Source: Flavobacteriaceae bacterium (GTDB lineage Bacteria > Bacteroidota > Bacteroidia > Flavobacteriales > Flavobacteriaceae). From it: 64,000 nt of DNA. Positions within the stretch are counted from its first letter, which is position 1, and the number at the start of each line of letters is the position of its first letter. The DNA lies in the NCBI GenBank assembly GCA_034670265.1, contig JAXMNU010000006.1, forward strand, positions 77,259 to 141,258, read 5' to 3'. Made by a program: the position numbers and the translations under genes. Below the pieces are notes generated by a model. That model was not told where the DNA came from. It saw only the letters and a list, made by a program, of their open reading frames with translations, and made no database searches. This document shows positions 44,667 to 53,632 of this stretch, piece after piece.

Positions 44667-45620
44667 ATGAAAAAACTCATTGTTTTACTTTTTATTCCTT
44701 TCGGAATTATTGCTCAAACCACCTTTGAACAAGCCGAAACATTCTTTAAAAAGGAACAATTTAGCAAAGCAAAGCCCTTATTCCAGAACTATTTAATTAG
44801 CAACCCAAATCATTTAAAAACTATTGAATATTTGGGTGATATTGCTGGGTATGCTAAGGATTGGGATACCGCAATGGAGTATTATGAAGTGCTTTTGGAA
44901 AGTGATGAGAATAATGCTAATTATCATTTTAAGTATGGTGGGGCAATGGGTATGAAGGCACTAGAAATAAGCCGAATAAGAGCACTGGGATATGTAGGTG
45001 ACATTAGAGAACATTTTGAAACAGCTGCAAAGTTAGATCCAAATCATATTGAAGTCCGTTGGGCATTGGTTGAATACTACATTCAATTGCCTGGCATTAT
45101 TGGTGGGAGTGAACGAAAAGCTATTAAGTATGCTAACGAATTGGGTAAAATATCACCTGTCGATGGTTTTTTGGCCAATGGCTATATTGCTGAGTACTCC
45201 AATAGACCAGAAGATGCCGAAAAATTTTATAAAGAGGCTATTAAAGTAGGAGGATCACCTCATACTTATGAAAAGCTCACTAATCTTTATGAAAACAACA
45301 AACAACCCAAAGAAGCCATCGAAACGGCTTCAAAGTCGTTAAAGATTCATCAGCGTAATCAGTTAAACTATCAAATTGGAAAAATTGCCGCACAGTATAA
45401 TCTGGATGCAGAATTAGGGATTAATTGTCTTCAGGCATACATTAAAAATCATTCAGCAAAAGATGGTGTTCCAAAAGATTGGGCGTATTACCGCTTGGCT
45501 CAAATTTATAAAAACTTAGGTCAAAAAAATACTGCAATGCAATGGATAGATAAGGCATTATCTACGCGTCCAGATTTTGAAGAAGCCCAAAAAGAAAAGC
45601 AGTTAATTCTAGCCTTATAA
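44667..45620 (+). CDS. secreted tetratricopeptide-repeat protein
   Basis: 317 aa with signal peptide MKKLIVLLFIPFGIIAQ. Several TPR-like 34-aa units (e.g. AMEYYEVLLESDENNANYHFKYG, AEKFYKEAIKVG). Confidence 0.65.
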   Translation: MKKLIVLLFIPFGIIAQTTFEQAETFFKKEQFSKAKPLFQNYLISNPNHLKTIEYLGDIAGYAKDWDTAMEYYEVLLESDENNANYHFKYGGAMGMKALEISRIRALGYVGDIREHFETAAKLDPNHIEVRWALVEYYIQLPGIIGGSERKAIKYANELGKISPVDGFLANGYIAEYSNRPEDAEKFYKEAIKVGGSPHTYEKLTNLYENNKQPKEAIETASKSLKIHQRNQLNYQIGKIAAQYNLDAELGINCLQAYIKNHSAKDGVPKDWAYYRLAQIYKNLGQKNTAMQWIDKALSTRPDFEEAQKEKQLILAL

Positions 45621-45627
45621 CCTAAGA

Positions 45628-45660
45628 TTTCCGCCTTTGAAGAGGGTTAGGGGGATGTTT
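45628..45660 (+). repeat. short dispersed intergenic repeat, copy 2 (TTTCCGCCTTTGAAGAGGGTTAGGGGGATGTTT)
   Basis: Aligns to 39121-39153 with 2 substitutions in the hairpin arms, changes in the AT linker including a 2-nt indel, and an identical GGGGGATGTT tail. It lies between the TPR gene and mpl. Confidence 0.65.
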
Positions 45661-45695
45661 TTTCTATCTTTACATTTCTATTTCAGAATATATTT

Positions 45696-47048
45696 ATGAA
45701 TGTACATTTTATTGCCATCGGTGGTAGTGCCATGCATAACCTGGCTTTGGCTTTACACAATAAAGGATATCAAGTTACGGGTAGTGATGACGAAATTTTT
45801 GAACCTTCAAAAGGGCGATTGAACGCTAAAGGGTTGCTACCAAATGAATTTGGTTGGTTTCCCGAAAAAATAACTTCAGATTTAGATGCTGTTATCTTGG
45901 GGATGCACGCCAAAGCAGATAATCCAGAATTACTAAAGGCAAAAGAATTAGGCATTACCATTTATAGTTATCCTGAATTTTTATACGAACAGTCCAAAGA
46001 AAAAACCCGCGTGGTTATTGGAGGTTCTCACGGAAAAACGACTATCACTTCAATGATTTTACACGTAATGCATTATCATAATAAGGAAGTGGATTATATG
46101 GTGGGTGCCCAATTAGAAGGATTTGATACGATGGTGCATCTCACCCAAGAAAACGATTTTATGGTGCTTGAAGGAGATGAATATCTGTCCTCACCCATTG
46201 ATAGACGCCCTAAATTTCACTTGTACAAACCTAATATTGCTTTACTTAGCGGAATTGCTTGGGACCATATTAATGTGTTCCCAACCTTTGAAAATTATGT
46301 GGAACAGTTCTCTATTTTTCTGAATGAAATAACTGAAGGTGGCGCCATTATTTACAACGAAGAAGACCCGGAAGTAAAAAAAGTAGTGGAGTCCTCGTCA
46401 AATACCATTAAAAGATATCCCTACAAAACTCCCAATTATGAAGTTGTAGATGGAGAGACTTTGTTAGAAACTCCCGAAGGCCCTATGCCTATTGAAATCT
46501 TTGGAAAACATAATTTGAATAATCTTGAAGGGGCTCGATGGATTTGCCAACTTATGGGTGTGGATGCCGAAGATTTTTATGAAGCTATTGCCAGTTTTAA
46601 AGGAGCTAGCAAACGATTGGAATTAATTGCGGAAACTCCCGATAGTATTGCCTACAAAGACTTTGCACACTCACCTAGTAAAGTAAAAGCCACCACAGAA
46701 GCTTTAAAAAATCAGTTTCCCGATAGAAAATTAATCGCTTGTTTAGAATTACACACCTATAGCAGTTTAAATCCTGAATTTTTATCAGAATATCAAGGAG
46801 CACTGGATGCGGCAGATGAAGCGGTTGTGTTTTATAGTCCGCATGCGGTAATGATAAAAGGTTTGGAAGAAATAAAGCATACACAAATTGTAGATGCCTT
46901 TCAGCGTGAAGATTTAATGGTGTTTACCAATCCAGCCGATTTCAAAACATTTTTGTTCACCAAAACTTTTGAAGATACTTCCCTTCTTTTAATGAGTAGC
47001 GGAAACTATGGAGGATTGGATTTTGATGAGGTTAAAGGGTTGCTTTAA
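45696..47048 (+). CDS. mpl: UDP-N-acetylmuramate:L-alanyl-gamma-D-glutamyl-meso-diaminopimelate ligase (murein peptide ligase)
   Basis: 450 aa. N-terminal HFIAIGGSAMHNLA, P-loop GGSHGKTTITSM, and EGDEYLSSPIDRRPKFHLYKP...WDHINVF, which resembles Mpl rather than MurC. It is not in a dcw cluster. Confidence 0.7.
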   Translation: MNVHFIAIGGSAMHNLALALHNKGYQVTGSDDEIFEPSKGRLNAKGLLPNEFGWFPEKITSDLDAVILGMHAKADNPELLKAKELGITIYSYPEFLYEQSKEKTRVVIGGSHGKTTITSMILHVMHYHNKEVDYMVGAQLEGFDTMVHLTQENDFMVLEGDEYLSSPIDRRPKFHLYKPNIALLSGIAWDHINVFPTFENYVEQFSIFLNEITEGGAIIYNEEDPEVKKVVESSSNTIKRYPYKTPNYEVVDGETLLETPEGPMPIEIFGKHNLNNLEGARWICQLMGVDAEDFYEAIASFKGASKRLELIAETPDSIAYKDFAHSPSKVKATTEALKNQFPDRKLIACLELHTYSSLNPEFLSEYQGALDAADEAVVFYSPHAVMIKGLEEIKHTQIVDAFQREDLMVFTNPADFKTFLFTKTFEDTSLLLMSSGNYGGLDFDEVKGLL

Positions 47049-47647
47049 TTATCTTCATAGATTCCCTCAATAAACCCTTTATCACTTGGTTTTGAGTTTT
47101 TAATCAATTCGGCTTTTGCTAATTCGTAATCCGTAGGGATTTTATCTTGCGAGAGCTTAAATTTCCCTTCCCAGTTGGTAATTTCAACGTCAAAAGCTTG
47201 AATATAAGGTAAAAGACGATTCATTCGTGGATCCTCTTTATGTAATTCAAATTTTTGAGTAGTTCCTTCTAGAAAGTGAGTCATATCCATCATCGTTTGT
47301 TTCACAGCTTCAGCCTCGTGGATTAACGTAATGTTTCCAGTGATATGAACGTAGATATAATTCCAAGTGGGGAGTTGTTCCGTACTATACACCGAAGGAG
47401 AAATATAGGTGTCTGGGCCTCTAAATATAACGGTGACTTCGGCACCATCCACCAAAGTTTCAATTTGCGGATTTTGTTTATCGATATGTGCGACTAATCT
47501 TCCCAAAGCATCATTATAAATAATTGGGATATGAGTAACAAAGGGTTGCCCGTCTTTTACTGAAACAAGCATTCCAAAAGGATACTGCTTGATAACAGCA
47601 ATCATTTTTTGAATATCGTTAGACTGATGGTGCGGTGGAGGATACAT
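47045..47647 (-). CDS. FMN-binding negative transcriptional regulator (PaiB family)
   Basis: 200 aa. The N-terminal region and the split-barrel-like pattern are typical of PaiB. Its stop overlaps the mpl stop (TTAA). Confidence 0.6.
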   Translation of the reverse strand: MYPPPHHQSNDIQKMIAVIKQYPFGMLVSVKDGQPFVTHIPIIYNDALGRLVAHIDKQNPQIETLVDGAEVTVIFRGPDTYISPSVYSTEQLPTWNYIYVHITGNITLIHEAEAVKQTMMDMTHFLEGTTQKFELHKEDPRMNRLLPYIQAFDVEITNWEGKFKLSQDKIPTDYELAKAELIKNSKPSDKGFIEGIYEDN

Positions 47648-47649
47648 AA

Positions 47650-48093
47650 TTATACACCAAATTGGCGTAAGTGGTGGTCTAAATGTTTATACTGCATTTG
47701 TCCATATTGTTGTTTTGTAAAATGCCCAAATCCAGGATGATCTGGCCAATCATCACGATCACGTTGGGCATTAAATTCATCAAGTAATGCTTCTAGTTTC
47801 TGTTTTTCGGCAGAAAAATCTCTTGGCTCGGTTTCTTTTAAAAACCTTGCAGTGGGCAAATTTTTACGCCAAAGTTTATCGTTATACAATGATTTTTTAA
47901 AAAATACTTTTGCCAACCAATTGGGTTTCATTCCGTAGTCATTTTTACCTAACATAATATTGAAAGGCCCTTGGCAATGATGAAGCATTTGCCCAACGCT
48001 CATCTTTCCCCAGTTTCGTTCGGAAGTTTCATTTAGCTTATTTATTCGAGTTCGAATTTCGTTATAAGCAGATTCGTCAAAAAGAGATTTCAT
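47650..48093 (-). CDS. DUF1569 (DinB-like four-helix bundle) protein
   Basis: 147 aa. NWGKMSVGQMLHHC and the C-terminal HLDHHLRQFG His-rich motifs fit the DinB/DUF1569 style. Confidence 0.55.
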   Translation of the reverse strand: MKSLFDESAYNEIRTRINKLNETSERNWGKMSVGQMLHHCQGPFNIMLGKNDYGMKPNWLAKVFFKKSLYNDKLWRKNLPTARFLKETEPRDFSAEKQKLEALLDEFNAQRDRDDWPDHPGFGHFTKQQYGQMQYKHLDHHLRQFGV

Positions 48094-48142
48094 TATTATT
48101 GCTATTACAGTTTTTCAGTTTAAAGATACATTATTATCTTTA

Positions 48143-48856
48143 TTGAAAAGAAACATTGTGGGGAGCAATACAACATCTTTTTCCATTAAAAGTTGGAATG
48201 AGGACGACCGTCCGCGTGAAAAATTACTGCTAAAAGGGAGAGCCGCTTTAAGCGATGCAGAGCTTGTTGCCATTTTAATTGGTTCTGGAAGTCGTGAAGA
48301 AAGCGCTGTGAGTTTAAGTCAGCGAATTTTAGCTTCGGTGGACAATAATTTAAGCGAGCTTGGAAAACTTTCTATTCAGGATTTAATGCAATTTAAAGGG
48401 ATTGGAGAAGCTAAGGCTATTTCCATAGCTTCGGCTTTAGAGTTGGGGCGAAGAAGAAGGGGAGAGGAGGCACTTCAGAAAAGAAAAATAACATCGAGCG
48501 CTTCAGTTTTTGAACTCATGCAACCCATTATTGGAGAATTGGCTCACGAAGAGTTTTGGATTGTGTATTTAAACAATTCAAATAAAGTATTACAAACATC
48601 ACAACTTAGCAAAGGCGGAATAACAGGTACGGTTGTGGATATTAGGTTGGCATTTAAAAATGCCATACAATTAGGAGCCGTTGCAGTAATCTTAGCACAT
48701 AATCATCCTTCGGGAACCTTAAAGCCCAGTCAGGCAGATATTCAGCTAACCAAAAAATTAAAAACAGCAGGGGAGAGCCTTGATATTAAAGTTTTGGACC
48801 ATCTTATTGTAACCGAAAAAGCGTATTTTAGCTTTGCCGACGAACAAATGCTGTAG
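48143..48856 (+). CDS. radC: RadC-family JAB/MPN domain protein (UPF0758)
   Basis: IKSWNEDDRPREKLL N-terminal motif, HhH region, and JAB motif ILAHNHPSGTLKPSQAD. The start is uncertain: TTG 48143 or GTG 48158 (see findings). Confidence 0.8.
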   Translation: MKRNIVGSNTTSFSIKSWNEDDRPREKLLLKGRAALSDAELVAILIGSGSREESAVSLSQRILASVDNNLSELGKLSIQDLMQFKGIGEAKAISIASALELGRRRRGEEALQKRKITSSASVFELMQPIIGELAHEEFWIVYLNNSNKVLQTSQLSKGGITGTVVDIRLAFKNAIQLGAVAVILAHNHPSGTLKPSQADIQLTKKLKTAGESLDIKVLDHLIVTEKAYFSFADEQML

Positions 48857-48862
48857 TCCCGT

Positions 48863-50155
48863 ATGCTTCTTATTTACACTCAAAAAGTTACTCCCCGTAT
48901 AGATTATAGCTTTAAGCATATTTGTACTAGAATTTTAAAGATTCCTGTTGACTTTACGACTACTATTGAAGCATTTATCGCCTATCAAGGTCCTAAGATT
49001 TCCTACGGAAAACAACCTTTAGGTAATGAAGTTTTTATCTATGCCCATGGATTATTAAATCAACAAGGATTTGAGGATGTCGAAATTTCTGTTCGCCCTT
49101 GGAACAATACGGTTGGCTTTTTTCCATCGATTGAAAAGAGTTCTTTACCCTTTGATATTTTTGCCGCAGCGTTTTATTTGTTGAGCAGATACGAAGAATA
49201 TTTACCCCACGTAAAAGACGAATTAGGAAGATTTCCTGCTACAGAAAGTTTAGCATTTAAAGAAGGCTTTTTGAAACAACCTGTAGTGGATGTATGGGCG
49301 TATGAGTTTAAAGAAATTCTTATGGAAGCTTTCCCAGAAATGGAATTCCCTAAAAAACAGTTGTCAATTCATAATGTCATAGAAGCCAAACGCCCTTTCG
49401 AGTTTTTACAACGAGGCGTTTTACGAAACATATTAGGCTTTGGAGGCGATCTTTGGAAACTTAAATTGGGTAGATTCTTTCTTAGAATACGTGTTTTATT
49501 AGGTTTAAGAAAAGATCCTTACGATACGTTTTCGTGGATGTTAAATAACGCACGTTATAGTGCTTCAAAACTTACTGTATTCTTTTTATTGGGAGAAGCT
49601 TTTTCCTATCGGGAAGATTTTAATACCAAAAGACAAACGTTTAAGAGCTTGGTAAAATATGTAGCAGATTATTGCGAAGTGGGGCTTATGTTTTCGTTTT
49701 ACTCGGTAGAGGAATATGAAAAATTAAAACAAGAGCGATTTCAGTTGGAAGAAATTACTCATCGAACGCTTCAAAGTTCTACCAATGATAGGCAATTGAT
49801 TAATTTGCCATTAGTGTACAGAAATTTGGTAGAACTAGAAGTAAAAAACGACTTTACCATGTTCTATTACAACGAAATTGGATTTAGAGCTGGAACCTGC
49901 ACACCCTTCTTGTTTTATGATTTGGATTACGAAATTAAAACCCCGCTTGTGTTACAACCTGTAATTGGTAAATCTTTGGCACTTACCTTAGGAAAAGAAA
50001 AAGATACCGAAGGCACCATTATGCAAGTTTATAATTGGGTAAAACAAGTGGATGGTACATTTTTGTTTTTCTTTTCTAACAGAGACTTTGAACAACGTCG
50101 TGAAAACAAAACGTGGCGTTATTTATTTTCAGAAAAACTGAACCCTCATGCGTGA
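48863..50155 (+). CDS. conserved hypothetical protein (possibly polysaccharide-deacetylase-like)
   Basis: 430 aa and cytoplasmic-looking. I recall flavobacterial homologs (MLLIYTQKVTPRIDY..., RFPATESLAFKEGFL) being annotated as deacetylase-family, but no catalytic motif was verified. Confidence 0.35.
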   Translation: MLLIYTQKVTPRIDYSFKHICTRILKIPVDFTTTIEAFIAYQGPKISYGKQPLGNEVFIYAHGLLNQQGFEDVEISVRPWNNTVGFFPSIEKSSLPFDIFAAAFYLLSRYEEYLPHVKDELGRFPATESLAFKEGFLKQPVVDVWAYEFKEILMEAFPEMEFPKKQLSIHNVIEAKRPFEFLQRGVLRNILGFGGDLWKLKLGRFFLRIRVLLGLRKDPYDTFSWMLNNARYSASKLTVFFLLGEAFSYREDFNTKRQTFKSLVKYVADYCEVGLMFSFYSVEEYEKLKQERFQLEEITHRTLQSSTNDRQLINLPLVYRNLVELEVKNDFTMFYYNEIGFRAGTCTPFLFYDLDYEIKTPLVLQPVIGKSLALTLGKEKDTEGTIMQVYNWVKQVDGTFLFFFSNRDFEQRRENKTWRYLFSEKLNPHA

Positions 50156-50834
50156 CCGTATTAAACATATTTTTTTCGATTTAGACCACACCCTTTGGGA
50201 TTTCGATAAAAACTCCAAAATGGCTTTTGAGCAATTGTTTCAAATTCATGCGATCTCAGTTAATTTGGATGAGTTTATGAAAATTTACGAACCCATTAAT
50301 TTTCAATATTGGAAACGATATCGCGAAGAGCGGGTTACAAAACAAGAGCTTCGAAGAGGTCGTTTTTTTGAAGCTTTTCAGCCTTTCGGAATACATTATA
50401 ACGATTCAGATTTGGATGTTTTGGCCACGACCTACATAGATGAATTACCTAAAAACAATCATCTTTTTGAAGGCGTCACAGATGTTTTGCAATATCTTTC
50501 AGAAAAATATATCCTGCATATTATAACCAATGGTTTTGAGGAAGTACAGCACTTAAAACTTAAAAATAGTGGTATTTCTCCCTTTTTTAAAACCGTAACC
50601 ACATCTGAAGAGGTAGGGTTAAAGAAGCCTAATCCTGTTATATTTGAGAAAGCACTCGAAAAGGCAGTAACATTTCCTAAAGTGAGCTTAATGGTTGGCG
50701 ATACTTTTGAAGCGGATATTTTAGGAGCCGAAGCTGTAGGAATGGAAACTTTATTTTACAACTATAGAAAAGAGATAATTCCATCGCATTATAGAGTGAT
50801 TGACAGCATTTTGGAAATCAAAAAACATCTATAA
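50148..50834 (+). CDS. HAD-superfamily hydrolase (YjjG-like nucleotidase subfamily)
   Basis: 228 aa. Motif I FFDLDHTLWD, motif III KKPNP, motif IV VGDTFEADILGA. Overlaps the upstream gene by 8 nt. Confidence 0.75.
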   Translation: MRDRIKHIFFDLDHTLWDFDKNSKMAFEQLFQIHAISVNLDEFMKIYEPINFQYWKRYREERVTKQELRRGRFFEAFQPFGIHYNDSDLDVLATTYIDELPKNNHLFEGVTDVLQYLSEKYILHIITNGFEEVQHLKLKNSGISPFFKTVTTSEEVGLKKPNPVIFEKALEKAVTFPKVSLMVGDTFEADILGAEAVGMETLFYNYRKEIIPSHYRVIDSILEIKKHL

Positions 50835-50881
50835 CTATACTATTTGCGTACATAACTACGTTAACCTTTAAAACCCCCAAC

Positions 50882-51439
50882 ATGAAAAAGAACCTGCAAT
50901 TCCCAGTTTTGGGTGTGCTTATTACTTTGCTATTTTTTTCCTGTGTAAAAGACACCGATTTTAATCAAGCGCAGGATGTTACAATTACGCCCATAGTAGA
51001 ATTAGATTTAATTTATTTCAATTTAGTGGCAGACGATTTTTTTGATGACGTAACAAGCACGCCGCGGTTAACCGTAAGAGATACAACCGATATTCGTTTT
51101 TTGGATGATACAGATACTCAAGAAAGCTTACTGAAAGCCGATTTTCTTTTCATATTTAATAATAGCATTCCAAGAAGTTTTCAAGCCGATTTTCAGTTTT
51201 TAGATTCTTTAAATGCTGAAAAATACTTCACTTCTACTTTTGTTGAAATGGGAACTCCCTCAAATCCTGTAATTACAGAATTTACTGAAACCGTTGAAGG
51301 AGAAGAAATACTACAACTTACACAATCTGATAAAGTAGTGGTTTCTGTCACTATCCCGTCGTCCAATGCCGAGCTGCAAGGGGAATTAAACCTCAAGTCC
51401 AAGACCACGTATTATCTAGAGATTAAGGAGAGAGACTAA
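50882..51439 (+). CDS. lipoprotein of unknown function
   Basis: 185 aa. Signal plus lipobox VLITLLFFSC. Acidic, beta-rich mature part. Confidence 0.6.
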   Translation: MKKNLQFPVLGVLITLLFFSCVKDTDFNQAQDVTITPIVELDLIYFNLVADDFFDDVTSTPRLTVRDTTDIRFLDDTDTQESLLKADFLFIFNNSIPRSFQADFQFLDSLNAEKYFTSTFVEMGTPSNPVITEFTETVEGEEILQLTQSDKVVVSVTIPSSNAELQGELNLKSKTTYYLEIKERD

Positions 51440-51443
51440 TACT

Positions 51444-52850
51444 ATGAGAGTTACACTAGTTTTTTTCTTAGCCTTTGGGCTCACGATGGGTTTTGCCCAA
51501 AACAAGCAAGTACTTTATGGATTTGATGAAGTTCCACAAAGTTTATTGTTAAATCCTGGAACCACAGTACCTCAAAAAAAGCACTTTGGGATTCCTTTTT
51601 TCTCACAGTTTCATATTAATGGAGGCTCGTCTGGAGTAAGTGTGTATGATATTTTTGGAGATACTGGAGAAGACATTAATGCAAAGATTGAACGTAAAAT
51701 CTTTGAAATGAAAAACACCGACTTTTTCACTGCCACACAACAGTTGGAACTTATTAGCTTTGGGTGGCGCTCTAAGAAAGGCATTTATTTTTCTGGAGGA
51801 ATTTATGAAGAATTCGATTTTATAAGTTATTTCCCAAGAGATTTGGCTATTCTAGCTTGGGAGGGAAATGCTAACTATTTGGATTATCCCTTCGATTTAG
51901 GTGAAATAAGCACCACGGGAGATTTATTAACTGTGTATCATTTTGGTGCTAATAAAGCCATTACCAACAAACTTACTGTAGGTGCAAGAGCAAAAGTGTA
52001 TTCGAGTATCATGAGCTTTAGAAGCACCAACAATCGCGGTACTTTTGTGACTCGCTTGGCTGAAGCTGATGCTCCTAATATTTATGAGCATATTGTTAAT
52101 GACGCTAATGTGATGGTAGAAACTTCTGGAATAGCCTCGTTAGATGATAATTTTTCTGGAGGTGAATTGGTGAAAAGAGGGCTATTAGGAGGAAACCTAG
52201 GTGTTGGCTTAGACTTGGGAGCCACTTATGCGATAAATAGTCATTGGACTGCAAGCGCAAGTATTTTAGATGTAGGTGTTATTTTCCACTCAAAAGATAT
52301 TGAAAGCTATAGAGCAAGTGGTGATTATGTTTTAAACGGAATTGAATTAATTTTCCCACCATTGAGTGAAGGCGAAGAAACCTTTCCGTATTATGATGAT
52401 TTAGAAGATGAAATAGAACGAGAAATACCTATCGATACACTTTATGATAAATATTCACAGCTAAGACCCTTGAAAGTAAATGCTAGTTTAAAGTACAGTT
52501 TTGGTAAGATTACTGGAGGTGGTGATGTATGCGATTGTTTAAATAAGGGTGGTGGAATTGATCGCGAACAAGCCATTGGGGTGCAGTATTATAGTATTAT
52601 GCGTCCCAAAGGGCCCCAAATGGCGGGAACACTTTTTTATTACCGAAAGCTTTTCAGTTTTCTTTCAGCCAAAGCGACATATACAGTAGATTCTTATTCA
52701 TATTCAAATATTGGAGCAGGTATTGTGGGGGATTTCGGAAAATTTAATTTTTACATAGCTGCAGATAATATGCTTCAATATGGGAACCTTGCAAAATCAA
52801 AAAGTTTATCTTTGCAATTAGGTTTCAATATTAAAATTTATGATCAATGA
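51444..52850 (+). CDS. putative outer-membrane beta-barrel protein of unknown function
   Basis: 468 aa. Signal peptide ...TMGFAQ and alternating hydrophobic pattern throughout. The C-terminal strand LSLQLGFNIKIY has a terminal aromatic. Starts 4 nt after the lipoprotein gene. Confidence 0.55.
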   Translation: MRVTLVFFLAFGLTMGFAQNKQVLYGFDEVPQSLLLNPGTTVPQKKHFGIPFFSQFHINGGSSGVSVYDIFGDTGEDINAKIERKIFEMKNTDFFTATQQLELISFGWRSKKGIYFSGGIYEEFDFISYFPRDLAILAWEGNANYLDYPFDLGEISTTGDLLTVYHFGANKAITNKLTVGARAKVYSSIMSFRSTNNRGTFVTRLAEADAPNIYEHIVNDANVMVETSGIASLDDNFSGGELVKRGLLGGNLGVGLDLGATYAINSHWTASASILDVGVIFHSKDIESYRASGDYVLNGIELIFPPLSEGEETFPYYDDLEDEIEREIPIDTLYDKYSQLRPLKVNASLKYSFGKITGGGDVCDCLNKGGGIDREQAIGVQYYSIMRPKGPQMAGTLFYYRKLFSFLSAKATYTVDSYSYSNIGAGIVGDFGKFNFYIAADNMLQYGNLAKSKSLSLQLGFNIKIYDQ

Positions 52851-53632
52851 ATAAACTTATAATTGCACTCGTATTTTCTTTAGCTTTTGTGTTTAGTGGC
52901 TATTCACAAAAAGAAAAATTAAGTAATTACAGTTTTATTGTTGTTCCTAAGAAATTTGATTTCCAATTTGCCGATGATCAATACCAGCTTAATTCACTTT
53001 TAAAGTTTCTTTTTAATAAACATGGTTTTCACGCATACTTTGATGATGAGTTGCCAGACGTAAGACGTTGTGATGGTTTACGTGCCGAAGTAAAAGGAGA
53101 TCTCAACTTTGTATGGACGAGAGTCATTATTTATATTAAAGATTGTGAAGGAAACGTTATCTATACAAGTGAAGAGGGTAAAAGTAAACTAAAAGAGTAT
53201 AGTAAAACCTATAATCAAGCTATTAGGAGAGCTTTCGAGAGTATTGAAGTTTTGTTTGTACAGCAAAAAGAAGTAAGAGTTTTAAATGATTATAAAGATT
53301 ATGAAGAGTCTTCTGAAACTGAAGAGGAAAAGAAAGTAGAAGTAGTTATAAAAAAGGATGACCCACTGCATCTCCCTATTTCAAAATATTCAAACTACAC
53401 AAAAGGAGGGGAGTCTTTTTTGTTGCGAAAAACAAACGAAGGCTTTATCCTCTATGAAGAAACCGTAGAAGCTAGTGATGGACTAAAATATAGCGGGAAA
53501 ATATTTGTTGTTGAAGGTGTTGTGTTTTTTGAAGATGAAAAAGAACAACGATATATTGCCAATTTTGATACTTCGGGAAATTTAACTGTAGAAAAAGGCG
53601 GTGATAAAATAACCTATTCTAAAAGTAACTAA
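52847..53632 (+). CDS. secreted two-domain protein of unknown function
   Basis: 261 aa with signal peptide ...VFSGYSQ. Two folded-looking halves are joined by a charged linker EESSETEEEKKVEVVIKKDD. ATGA start/stop overlap with the barrel gene. Confidence 0.55.
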   Translation: MNKLIIALVFSLAFVFSGYSQKEKLSNYSFIVVPKKFDFQFADDQYQLNSLLKFLFNKHGFHAYFDDELPDVRRCDGLRAEVKGDLNFVWTRVIIYIKDCEGNVIYTSEEGKSKLKEYSKTYNQAIRRAFESIEVLFVQQKEVRVLNDYKDYEESSETEEEKKVEVVIKKDDPLHLPISKYSNYTKGGESFLLRKTNEGFILYEETVEASDGLKYSGKIFVVEGVVFFEDEKEQRYIANFDTSGNLTVEKGGDKITYSKSN

